Shown: one piece after another, positions 34,161 to 41,745 of the stretch
Layout: each line of letters opens with the position of its first letter
How positions within the stretch are numbered: the first letter of the stretch is position 1
From: a virus
Lineage: Duplodnaviria; Caudoviricetes
Reading direction: 5' to 3' (one strand)
Virus record (IMG/VR): IMGVR_UViG_3300049135_000042
Span: 1 to 41,745 of that record
DNA: 41,745 nt
The notes under the pieces: model-generated
Databases searched by the model: none
Told to the model about the DNA's origin: nothing
The model's input: the letters and a program-made list of their open reading frames with translations, nothing else
Translations under genes and position numbers: made by a program

Positions 34161-34752
34161 GGCCGTCCTCCTCGTTCTCGCTCGGCACGGCCTGGCTATC
34201 GACGACGACCGCCTGCACGGGTCCCTGCTCGCCGACGATGTACGGGTGCGGCGTGACAGGCCCGCCCGACGCCCTTCCCGCCACCGCCTCCCGCACCATC
34301 CGGGCGGCGATGATGGCGCCGTCGGCGTGGAACTTCTGGGCGAGGGCGAGGACGCGCTCGACCTGGGCCTCGGCAGGCTCCTGGGTGGCGATCTGGGTGC
34401 CCTCAGCAGGCACGCCGACCTGCCCGACCTCGTTGCTCCCGCTGCACTCCCACTTCGCGTGGTTCGCCGCCTTGGGGCACCGCTTGTTCCCGCAGTCGGG
34501 GCAGACGCTCATCCGGGACGGGAGGCCGGTGGGCTTGCCATCGAGGATCAGGCCCGGGTCGCAGGCGGCACACGGGCAGTCGGTCCTGCGCACGAGCGGG
34601 TCGAGCGGGCTAAGCGGGTCGAACACGGGCACGGTGGAGCAGCGGCAGGGCCCCGGCCGTTCCGTCTGCCGGATGGCGGCAGCGACCTCCTGCAGCCCGT
34701 CCGCGATGCCCTGCAGCGCGGCGATCTGCCGGTCGGAGATGGAGTTGGTCAT
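34153..34752 (-). CDS. hypothetical protein with Cys clusters
   Basis: MTNSISDRQ...CPCAAC...MSVCPDCGNKRCPKA.NH..EC. Confidence 0.6.
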   Translation of the reverse strand: MTNSISDRQIAALQGIADGLQEVAAAIRQTERPGPCRCSTVPVFDPLSPLDPLVRRTDCPCAACDPGLILDGKPTGLPSRMSVCPDCGNKRCPKAANHAKWECSGSNEVGQVGVPAEGTQIATQEPAEAQVERVLALAQKFHADGAIIAARMVREAVAGRASGGPVTPHPYIVGEQGPVQAVVVDSQAVPSENEEDGRG

Positions 34753-34970
34753 GTGGTTGTTCCCTTCGGGTCGGGCGTCACGTCGGGGTGTCCGACGGCG
34801 CACTGCGAGCAGTACCGGGCCCGTGTCCCGAACTTGACGACGTCGCTCCGGAGCACGGTCACGAGGGCGTAGCGGTCGCCCCGGCTGATCCGGCCGGCGT
34901 GCGCCCACATGTACGCGTCGGCACACTGGTAGTCCTTGCGTGCGGTCTGCCAGCGGGTCACGGTGCTCAC
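34749..34970 (-). CDS. small Zn-binding-like protein
   Basis: MSTVTRWQTARKDYQC...I.RGDRY...YCSQCA; coupled overlaps. Confidence 0.6.
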   Translation of the reverse strand: MSTVTRWQTARKDYQCADAYMWAHAGRISRGDRYALVTVLRSDVVKFGTRARYCSQCAVGHPDVTPDPKGTTT

Positions 34971-35104
34971 GCCTTGCCCTCCGCGGTCTTGGTGTGCCCG
35001 CGGTGCATGTCCTCGAACGCCGCGGCGATCGCGCGGCCGAGGTCGCTGTCGGGGGCGTCGACGCTCTCGCCGCAGCTGGAGCAGGCGGCCTGCGGGCGGC
35101 TCAC
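34967..35104 (-). CDS. small hypothetical protein
   Basis: MSRPQAACSSCGE...MHRGH; GTGA overlaps. Confidence 0.55.
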   Translation of the reverse strand: MSRPQAACSSCGESVDAPDSDLGRAIAAAFEDMHRGHTKTAEGKA

Positions 35105-36012
35105 TGGGTGCCGCCCACGGCGAGGTAGGTCGGGCAGGGGTACTGGCCCTGGCACTCGGTGCAGAGGTGGTCCGGGCCGTGCCGGTGCAGCGCCCGCACC
35201 CGCTCGACCTGGGCGCGCGCCTCGTCCAGCTGACGACGGAGCGCACCGAACTCGGCCCGCAGGATCTCTGCGTACGACCCGTCGTGCAGGATGTCGGTGT
35301 CGATCTCGGCCACGAACTCCCCGACGTCCTGGAGGGGCTGCACGGCACCGCAGTGCCGCCTGTGCCACTCCTCGCGGGTCAGGCCGTCCTGGTGGAGGTG
35401 ACGGCACTGCTCCACCGCGAGCCTGGCACGCTCCTTGGCCTCGTACCGCTCCCGCTCCAGCTCGTCGGCTCGGTAGGCGAGGAGGTCGACCACGTACCCG
35501 CCGAGCACGGTCTCCTCGGTCGCCGCGATGTGCCGGAGCTTGTCGCCGAGCGAGATGGCCCCCTGGCCGAGCGGGATCAGGCACTCGGTGCCCTCGGTCC
35601 CGCCGTGGGGCGTGCTGGGGTCGACGATGCCGCCGGTTGCGGGGGCGGTGCGCAGGGCCTCACGCCCGTCCACGGACATGCAGGTCCCCGACAGGTGGGC
35701 GTCTCCGCAGAAGCACCGGGGGCTCGGGCTGGCCACCTCGAGGCCGGTCGGCACCTTGCCCCAGATCATGGTGTGCTCTGTGATGTCCTCGCCGCGCACA
35801 GGGCTGTGGGTCGCGCAGAACGGGTGGACGTAGACGCCGAGGCGTGCGTGGTACCACCAGCGGTGTCCGGGCTCGAACGCGACGCCGCAGACGTCGCACG
35901 GGGTCGTCGGGATGCTCGCGGCGTGGGCAGGCGGGTTCACCGCGGGGTCCATGCCGGCGGACTCGTCGATGTGGCAGGCGCTCAGCGCCGGGTCGGGCAC
36001 GGGGGCGTTCAC
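35101..36012 (-). CDS. hypothetical protein (Cys-rich, coiled coil)
   Basis: 303 aa with CDVC..HPFC, and VERVRALH...CTEC...YPCPT at the C-terminus. Confidence 0.6.
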   Translation of the reverse strand: MNAPVPDPALSACHIDESAGMDPAVNPPAHAASIPTTPCDVCGVAFEPGHRWWYHARLGVYVHPFCATHSPVRGEDITEHTMIWGKVPTGLEVASPSPRCFCGDAHLSGTCMSVDGREALRTAPATGGIVDPSTPHGGTEGTECLIPLGQGAISLGDKLRHIAATEETVLGGYVVDLLAYRADELERERYEAKERARLAVEQCRHLHQDGLTREEWHRRHCGAVQPLQDVGEFVAEIDTDILHDGSYAEILRAEFGALRRQLDEARAQVERVRALHRHGPDHLCTECQGQYPCPTYLAVGGTQ

Positions 36013-36293
36013 GCTGCGGCTCCGGCGGCGAGTTCGTACGTGGCGGCGAAGATGTCCGGCTTGCAGGGGTAGAACTCGCCCTGGACACCCCGGATCACGT
36101 AGTCGCCAAGGTCAGCGCGCATGTCGCCCTCCAGGGTCTTGATGACCAGGTAGGGCTCGAGGAACGGGAGCGATGCCTGACCGCCGTTGTCCGTGATCCA
36201 CTGGGCGATCGCACGGTGATTGTTCAGGTCGTCGACGACCTGCATGGCCTCGATGACGACGGGCTTCTTGCGGTACTTCGTGGGCTGGCTCAT
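36009..36293 (-). CDS. conserved small phage protein (KKPVVIEA...TLEG...GEFYPCKPDIF family)
   Basis: Widespread phage motif KYRKKPVVIEAMQ...IKTLEGDM.A..GDYVIRGVQGEFYPCKPDIF..TY. Confidence 0.8.
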   Translation of the reverse strand: MSQPTKYRKKPVVIEAMQVVDDLNNHRAIAQWITDNGGQASLPFLEPYLVIKTLEGDMRADLGDYVIRGVQGEFYPCKPDIFAATYELAAGAAA

Positions 36294-36568
36294 CGGTGTT
36301 CCTCTCGTTCGGCGCGGCGGCAGTCGCCGCACCAGGGGTCTCCGGCGCCGGTGCTGCCGCCGGGCTGGTCGGGGTGGGTGGGGCAGTGGTCGGCGGGCTT
36401 GCTGGACCGTCGGGGGATGGTGGCGATGACGTCGCGGACCAGGGCGGCGCCTTCGGAGTTGACGCGCTCCTGGACCGCGGGGTCGCGCAGCTGCTCGAGC
36501 GGGGGCGGGTCGTAGTCGGGACCGGGCCCGCGGATGAACGGCGGCGGGTCGGCGGGTGAGTCCGTCAT
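36290..36568 (-). CDS. hypothetical protein
   Basis: 92 aa with CPTHPDQP...CGDCR; coupled overlaps. Confidence 0.6.
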   Translation of the reverse strand: MTDSPADPPPFIRGPGPDYDPPPLEQLRDPAVQERVNSEGAALVRDVIATIPRRSSKPADHCPTHPDQPGGSTGAGDPWCGDCRRAEREEHR

Positions 36569-37188
36569 GCGGCGCCCCTCTCCTGAGGGCTGGCCGGGAA
36601 GTTCAGCCAGGCGAACTCGCCGAAGTGCTCACGGGCTGCGGCGTCGTACGCGCGGGCGGCGTCTTCGGCCGTGGCGAAGTAGCCGAGGTGGCGCCGGCGG
36701 CCGTTCACGCCTATCTTCGCCCGCCACTTGCTGTGGCTCTTGGCCCAGCAGACGCCCTTGAAGCCTGAGGTGTTCTTCCGGTTGCGGGTCGCGTTGCGGG
36801 CGTTCTCCTGCGGCGTCGCCTGCCGCAGGTTTGCGCGGCGGTTGTCGAGACCGTCGCCGTTGCGGTGGTCGGTCAGGGGCCAGCCCGTCAGGAACCTGTG
36901 CAGGCCGATCGTCGTGACCCTGCCGTCTCGCCGTGCGCTGTGCCTGACGTAGGTGACGCCGGCAGGGTCGAGGATCACGTGCCACGGGCCGGCAGCCATG
37001 ACCAGCTCGTAGTCCTCGAGGTCGACCTTGGCGACGAAGCCTTGGGTGAGGGGGATCTCGGCGTACTCGATCACCTGCTCGTCGGGTCCGGGGTCGTCGT
37101 CGAGCTCTCGTGCCGCCTCGGCCTCGGGGGAGCAGCCGGCGTGCGAGTAGTGGGACGACTTGCCGCAGAAGTCGCAGAGGCCGGTCAC
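36565..37188 (-). CDS. HNH endonuclease with C-terminal AP2 domain
   Basis: IPLTQG..A.VD.EDY, LHR, DHRNGDGLDNRRANLR..T..EN, TSGFKGV.W...WRA.I...LGYF...EDAARAYD.AA...FGEFA.LNF. Confidence 0.92.
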   Translation of the reverse strand: MTGLCDFCGKSSHYSHAGCSPEAEAARELDDDPGPDEQVIEYAEIPLTQGFVAKVDLEDYELVMAAGPWHVILDPAGVTYVRHSARRDGRVTTIGLHRFLTGWPLTDHRNGDGLDNRRANLRQATPQENARNATRNRKNTSGFKGVCWAKSHSKWRAKIGVNGRRRHLGYFATAEDAARAYDAAAREHFGEFAWLNFPASPQERGAA

Positions 37189-37385
37189 AGCTCCTCCGCG
37201 CAGTCGCAGGGCTGGGTGAGCCAGCAGGTCGGGCAGATGGGCGCGTCGCGCTCGGGGTGCGGCAGGTCGTCGCAGTCGGTGTGGACGAGCACGCCGCCGG
37301 CGTCGGTGTACTCGACCTGGTCGCCGGGCTGGATGGGCTCGTCGCAAGAGCCGCAGCGGCCGTGGTACTGGGCGGTGAAGGTCAT
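37185..37385 (-). CDS. small Zn-finger protein
   Basis: FTAQYHGRCGSCDEPIQPGD...VHTDC...CPTCWL..PCDC; GGAGGAG RBS. Confidence 0.7.
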   Translation of the reverse strand: MTFTAQYHGRCGSCDEPIQPGDQVEYTDAGGVLVHTDCDDLPHPERDAPICPTCWLTQPCDCAEEL

Positions 37386-37451
37386 GCGGCTCCTCCGGGG
37401 ATGACTCGCAGTGCGGGGGTGGTGTCGAGCAGGTGGCGGGCTGGTGCGTGC

Positions 37452-37931
37452 TCATGCGGGCTTGTCTCCGATCTGGTGGGCGAGGGTGACCGGGGGCACG
37501 GTCTGCACGAGGTGCCCGACGGCGGGCATGCGCCGCGTCCCCTCGATCTGCGCAGGCACCTCGACCCCGACGGCGTCACATGCACGCTTGGTCGCGGCGT
37601 CTTCCGTCTTGCCGTCCCCGATGGCGCGGACATAGGCCCGAAGCCACGCGACGTCGTCGGCCACGCTCAGTTCGGCCGGCGGGACGATGCCGCCGATGGT
37701 CTCGGTCCGCTTCCGCCGGATCGCCCGAACCCCAGCGTTCACGTGGATCGGCATCAGGTAGTCCGTGCTCGAGCGGCGGTGGGCGATGATCGCGGCCTTC
37801 CCGTCGGCGGGGGTGACGACGTCGTCGAGCACGTCGGCCCAGGCGCGGGCAGCTTCCTCGGTGACCTCACGGTTGTCGGTCGCCGCGGCGTAGGCCAGGA
37901 GGGCGGCACCGACGGCGGGTGAGACGGGCAT
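37452..37931 (-). CDS. putative helicase loader/inhibitor
   Basis: LLA.AAATDNR.......AWADVL.......AI..H.......MP pattern, directly after the replication initiator. Confidence 0.55.
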   Translation of the reverse strand: MPVSPAVGAALLAYAAATDNREVTEEAARAWADVLDDVVTPADGKAAIIAHRRSSTDYLMPIHVNAGVRAIRRKRTETIGGIVPPAELSVADDVAWLRAYVRAIGDGKTEDAATKRACDAVGVEVPAQIEGTRRMPAVGHLVQTVPPVTLAHQIGDKPA

Positions 37932-37933
37932 GG

Positions 37934-38803
37934 TCAGGCTCCTTCGATCTGGCGGAGGTGGACGACGTTCTCGGCGGCCTCTTCGGCAGCCAGGCGTTCA
38001 GCGAGGGCGAACCCGTCGCGGACCTTGTCGCTCGTGGTGCGCTTGCCGGAGGGGCGTGCCTTGGCCTCGGTCGCGAGGTCGCGTTCGGTGCGCCACTCGG
38101 CGATGCGGCCGGGCAGCTTCCCGTCGCGGTGCAGGGCGTTGATCAGGGCCGTGGTGTTGCGGATCGGCTTCGGGCCGGCCTTGAGGTCGACCAGGAAGTC
38201 GCGCACCTCGGACTGGGCGAGGCCAGCAGAGGCGAGGAGCTTCTTCGCGTCGAACTCGGGCTGATCGAAGTCCGGCGGCGGCTCGTCGTACGCGCGCGTT
38301 ACGGGGGGCGCCGGTCTCTTCTTGCTTGAGTAAGTAGATGGGGAGGGGGCCGGGGCCGGGGAGGATTCCCCCCCGATTCCTAGACCCGATCGCCCCCCCG
38401 ATCGGGTACCTGACGGCGCGTAGACGGGGTCGGCCTGGCAGAACTCGCACTCAGGCACGTGCAGCTTCCGGCGGACGTGCCACCGAACGTGGTTCCCCTC
38501 ACGCCCGCCCTCGGACTCCTTCTCCCGCTTCGCCCGGATGCTGGCGGCGTCCGGCTGGTAGTCGAGCCAGTCGTGGAACTGCCACCCACCCTCGGACGCC
38601 TCCCATAGCCCGACCGTGACGAGCGATCGAGCGTCGGCTGGCGAGCCGTCGAGCATCCGGAGCATCCCCTTGGGCACGTGCCCGTCGGTGAGCTGGTCCA
38701 TGCACCACGAGAGCGCCGTGGTCCACAGTGCGCGGCCACCCTTCGAGGCCATGCGCCACTTGATGGACGAGTGGAGCTTGTCGTCTACGAGCCCGTAGGG
38801 CAT
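37934..38803 (-). CDS. replication initiator protein
   Basis: VDDKLHS..KW......ALW..ALSWC..QLTDG.VP...LV.VGLWE....WQFHDW.DYQP N-terminal domain of actinophage Rep proteins; low-complexity linker. Confidence 0.8.
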   Translation of the reverse strand: MPYGLVDDKLHSSIKWRMASKGGRALWTTALSWCMDQLTDGHVPKGMLRMLDGSPADARSLVTVGLWEASEGGWQFHDWLDYQPDAASIRAKREKESEGGREGNHVRWHVRRKLHVPECEFCQADPVYAPSGTRSGGRSGLGIGGESSPAPAPSPSTYSSKKRPAPPVTRAYDEPPPDFDQPEFDAKKLLASAGLAQSEVRDFLVDLKAGPKPIRNTTALINALHRDGKLPGRIAEWRTERDLATEAKARPSGKRTTSDKVRDGFALAERLAAEEAAENVVHLRQIEGA

Positions 38804-39282
38804 GGGACCTCCTCAGTGGTGTCGGCGGCGTAGACCGCGAGGGCGTAGGCCTGCCAGATGTCGGCGCGGAACCCGTAGAACCAGCCCGGCTCGGCCTTGG
38901 TGCCCTTGCCATGGTTGGGCTGGCCGGGGGCGAACCGGTCAACGAGCGCCTGGCGCAGGTTCGAGTCGTTCGCCTTCGCGTTGTGGCAGTGGTGCACCTT
39001 GACCGGGTGGCGCTTGATGAGGTCGGCCTCCTCCGAACGGGTGTACTCGGCAGCCTGTGCGAAGCGCCCGATCCACACGCAGGTCTCGAAGACGTCGGCA
39101 CCGACAGACATGCCGTAGGAAGCGACCATTTCGATCACGACCCGTCCGACAGCCTCGGTCGCGATGCAGTAGAGGACTTCGCTGTTCGGCGCCTTGCCGA
39201 AGCGGAGCGGCTTGAGGTCGCCGTCGATGACGACCCACCCGGACTCGTGGTTGCCTGGGTCGATGGCGAGGAGTCGGCTCAC
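38785..39282 (-). CDS. RuvC-like Holliday junction resolvase
   Basis: LLAIDPG..SGWV, VVIE, DIWQAYALA acidic motifs. Confidence 0.75.
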   Translation of the reverse strand: MSRLLAIDPGNHESGWVVIDGDLKPLRFGKAPNSEVLYCIATEAVGRVVIEMVASYGMSVGADVFETCVWIGRFAQAAEYTRSEEADLIKRHPVKVHHCHNAKANDSNLRQALVDRFAPGQPNHGKGTKAEPGWFYGFRADIWQAYALAVYAADTTEEVPCPTGS

Positions 39283-39590
39283 GCGGCATCCGCCCGCCGG
39301 CGGGGGTCGCCGTACGCCACGCTGTCCGCCTCCAGCGCTGCCAGACGCATGGCCTGCAGCTCCTCGGTGTCGTGGTGCTGGGCGATGTAGACGGGCAGCA
39401 GGACGCGCGCCTGGGCGACCGTGTGGGCGCCGATCTCGGCCTGCTTCCGGCGTGCCCTCAGGCGGCGCTCTGCGACCCGCGCGCGGCGCTCGGCGACGGC
39501 GTCGGCCTCCTCGCGGACGAGGGCGGCGGCGGCCTGGCGGACGACGTCGGTCATGCGCTCGTAGTCCTCGGGTGCCGGTGCGCGCTTCAC
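39279..39590 (-). CDS. hypothetical protein
   Basis: MKRAPAPEDYERMTD...; GGAGG RBS; GTGA overlaps. Confidence 0.6.
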   Translation of the reverse strand: MKRAPAPEDYERMTDVVRQAAAALVREEADAVAERRARVAERRLRARRKQAEIGAHTVAQARVLLPVYIAQHHDTEELQAMRLAALEADSVAYGDPRRRADAA

Positions 39591-39925
39591 GCCGCTTCCT
39601 CCTGTCGCCTCTTGGCGAGTCGCGCACGCTCCACACCGTTCAGGCCGGCGAAGATCCCGTACCGCCCGGTACGCGCGTTCCCCTCGGCCTTGAGCGCGGT
39701 GTCGAGGCATGCCTGGCGCGTCTCGATGGGGCACGTGGCGCAGATGGCCTTGGCCTTCTTCTCGCGCTGGACCTTGGCCTCCCCGCGTTCACCGTCGCCC
39801 TCGAAGAACAGGTCGAGGTCGTCGTCGCACGGGCGGGCGTTGGGGGAGATGACGGGCACAGGGCCGGGCAGTGCCACGGTGCGGTGCTTGGGGATGTTCT
39901 GCTTCCCGCGGTAGGCGCGCATCAC
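39587..39925 (-). CDS. whiB: WhiB-family Fe-S transcription factor
   Basis: C..D.DLFF...AKAICATCP....CLDTAL...YGIFAGL...ER: four Cys plus a G[IV]xxG turn. Confidence 0.88.
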   Translation of the reverse strand: MMRAYRGKQNIPKHRTVALPGPVPVISPNARPCDDDLDLFFEGDGERGEAKVQREKKAKAICATCPIETRQACLDTALKAEGNARTGRYGIFAGLNGVERARLAKRRQEEAA

Positions 39926-40122
39926 TTCTTCTCCTTCCCGATGCCAAGCAGGCTCCAGAAGCCCTTGCCGGTCTCGGTCTCGGCCTTGCCGCTCTCGCCA
40001 GGGAGCCGGCGCGCGATGTTGCGGCGTGCGTGCTCGGCGTCCCTCGCGATCTGGGCTTCGGACTTGGCGATGCTCGGCATGTGGGCGCTGTCGATCTTCT
40101 TGATGTCGTCTGGCGGGGTCAT
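39922..40122 (-). CDS. small hypothetical protein
   Basis: 66 aa; GGAGG RBS; coupled overlaps. Confidence 0.6.
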   Translation of the reverse strand: MTPPDDIKKIDSAHMPSIAKSEAQIARDAEHARRNIARRLPGESGKAETETGKGFWSLLGIGKEKK

Positions 40123-41738
40123 GCCGCCACCTCCCCGGTGATGGCCTCGACGACGGCGGACACGAGGTCGCGTGCGGCGGGCGGGGTGACGGCGTTGCCG
40201 GCGAGCTTGACCTGCTCGCGGCGGTTGCCCGCCATGAGGTAGTCGGCGGGGAACGCCATGGCCTGCTTGATCTCGGACGGCTCGAGCATCCGGAAGCGGA
40301 CGTCGTCGAGGTCGAGGGTGGGTCGGTCGGCCTGGAGCACCGACTGGTGGCCGGCCGTGGTGATGGTGCGCACGGGCTCGTAGGCGGGCGTGGTCATCTC
40401 GGGCCCGCCACCGTTGTTGCGGTGGATTAGTGCGTGGCGGTCGATGGTGGTCACGGTGGGCAGCGCGTCACCGGCGGGCCGGGCGTTGCCGTTCCCGTAG
40501 TAGGGGACGACGAGCCCGTGGTGGTTGCCCGACGCGGTCACGGTGCTGATCGGGTCGGACGCGGCCCGTGCGGTCGAGCCGCCGCCGCGCAGCTCCGCGA
40601 GGAACGGCGGGAACGCCAGCCCGGTCTCGGATCGGGTGGTCATGGTGCGCATGGCCCGCTCGGTGCTGATCGGCTCCTTGCCGTCGCGGCCCTCGACGGG
40701 CACGGCGACCGGGTGCCAGGCCATGCCCTTGGAGTCGGTGGTGTGGAGCGTCCGCAGCGGCTCGCCGACGGGCCAGGAGCGCATATATCCGTCCGCCCGG
40801 CCGTAGCCCGGGTGTCGCGGGTTGGTGGCGTCGTAGGTGTTGCCCAGTGCCTCGACGTGGACCGGCGTCCAGTACCGCTCGATGCCGACCTGGATGCGCC
40901 GCATGGTCTTCTCGGCCAGCGGCTTGTCACGGTCGCCGAGCCGCACGCCCGGGTTGGACCAGTCGATGATCGAGGACGCCGGGAGCCATGCGGGCTCGAC
41001 GACCTGGTTACGGCACGCGACGTTCGGGCACCGGTAGAGGTACTGGGAGCGGTAGCGCCCGGGGCGGGTCTGGCCGTTGCCCTTCTTCCACCACTGCATG
41101 GCGTCCACGACGGTGTCGCAACCGGGACAGTACGCGCGGGGGCGCTGCATCCGTTCGAAGTCCGGGGCGGGGGTGCCCATCTTCGTGAACGCGATGTAGA
41201 CGCGGTCGCGGGACTGCGGCGCCGGGAGCCCGCCGGCCTGGGCGTGCATGCTGTTCAGGCTGATGACGCGGTGCCGGTACCCCATCGACTCCATGGCCGT
41301 GAGCCACGCCTGGAACAGGCCACCACGGGTGCCAGTGGGTGATGCCCAGTCGACGACCTCGACGACGTTCTCCACGAGCACGGCGCGGTAGTCGTGCGCC
41401 TCGGTGAAGCGGACGACGTCCCACATCGTGGCCCGGGACCGGTCGGCAGCGGCGTCGGGCAGGACATCGCCGAACAGGTCGGGCTGGGTGGGCAGCTTGC
41501 GCCCCTTGGCGCGGGAGTGGTTGGTGCACTCCGGGGAGGCCCAGAGCAGGTCGGTGCGGGGCACGAACCGGGGGTCGGTCTGGGAGATGTCGGCCTGGAG
41601 GTGGTCGACGTCGGGGTGATTGCTGTTGTGGGTCTCGATCGCGCGGTCCCAGTGGTTCGCCGCGAGGCGCACGGTCACGCCGGGGACCTGCACGGCGCCG
41701 GTCGAGGAACCGCCGGCCCCACAGAACAGGTCCGTCAT
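40119..41738 (-). CDS. DNA (cytosine-5) methyltransferase (true start may lie just beyond the window)
   Basis: Motif I DLFCGAGG, IV SPEC, VI ENV, VIII QSRDR, X GNAV; no partner restriction enzyme seen. Confidence 0.93.
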   Translation of the reverse strand: MTDLFCGAGGSSTGAVQVPGVTVRLAANHWDRAIETHNSNHPDVDHLQADISQTDPRFVPRTDLLWASPECTNHSRAKGRKLPTQPDLFGDVLPDAAADRSRATMWDVVRFTEAHDYRAVLVENVVEVVDWASPTGTRGGLFQAWLTAMESMGYRHRVISLNSMHAQAGGLPAPQSRDRVYIAFTKMGTPAPDFERMQRPRAYCPGCDTVVDAMQWWKKGNGQTRPGRYRSQYLYRCPNVACRNQVVEPAWLPASSIIDWSNPGVRLGDRDKPLAEKTMRRIQVGIERYWTPVHVEALGNTYDATNPRHPGYGRADGYMRSWPVGEPLRTLHTTDSKGMAWHPVAVPVEGRDGKEPISTERAMRTMTTRSETGLAFPPFLAELRGGGSTARAASDPISTVTASGNHHGLVVPYYGNGNARPAGDALPTVTTIDRHALIHRNNGGGPEMTTPAYEPVRTITTAGHQSVLQADRPTLDLDDVRFRMLEPSEIKQAMAFPADYLMAGNRREQVKLAGNAVTPPAARDLVSAVVEAITGEVAA

Positions 41739-41745
41739 CGTCAGG

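Noticed and set aside
1-41745. Joining the window ends gives an in-frame RecT-methyltransferase fusion (...VDVTYA-LTMTDLF...)
   Set aside because: An in-frame join has a 1-in-3 chance. No terminal repeat is visible and no ssb gene was seen, so a missing segment is more likely. Reads spanning the junction would settle it.

Overview
Near-complete genome of a temperate, GC-rich actinobacterial siphovirus in its excised (attP) configuration. Almost all genes lie on the minus strand. Reading the minus strand from the right end, the order is: C5 DNA methyltransferase, WhiB, RuvC-like resolvase, replication initiator, HNH-AP2 endonuclease, HIT hydrolase and a late regulator; then terminase, portal, head, neck, tail (with a -1 frameshifted chaperone), GDPD and the lysis cassette; then a tRNA-like RNA, attP (3' half of tRNA-Thr CGT), tyrosine integrase and the repressor/cro switch; then antirepressor, excisionase, many small early genes, DnaQ-like exonuclease and RecE/RecT. 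The ends cut RecT and probably the first codons of the methyltransferase. No LysB and a GDPD next to the tail genes suggest a non-mycolate host with teichoic-acid-type wall polymers (inference). The most interesting signals are non-coding. (1) Two matches to the actinobacterial PafBC DNA-damage promoter (TGTCRG-N10-TANNNT): one precedes a hidden 58-aa antisense gene in the head operon, the other a degenerate tRNA-like RNA with an initiator-type acceptor stem. The phage repressor has no autocleavage domain. (2) A LexA-like GAAC-N4-GTTC box over the lytic promoter. (3) A roughly 120-nt multi-helix, probably pseudoknotted RNA in the head operon. (4) GACAC repeats (WhiA-type) at the late promoter. 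All calls come from reading the sequence by eye; no database search or folding program was run.
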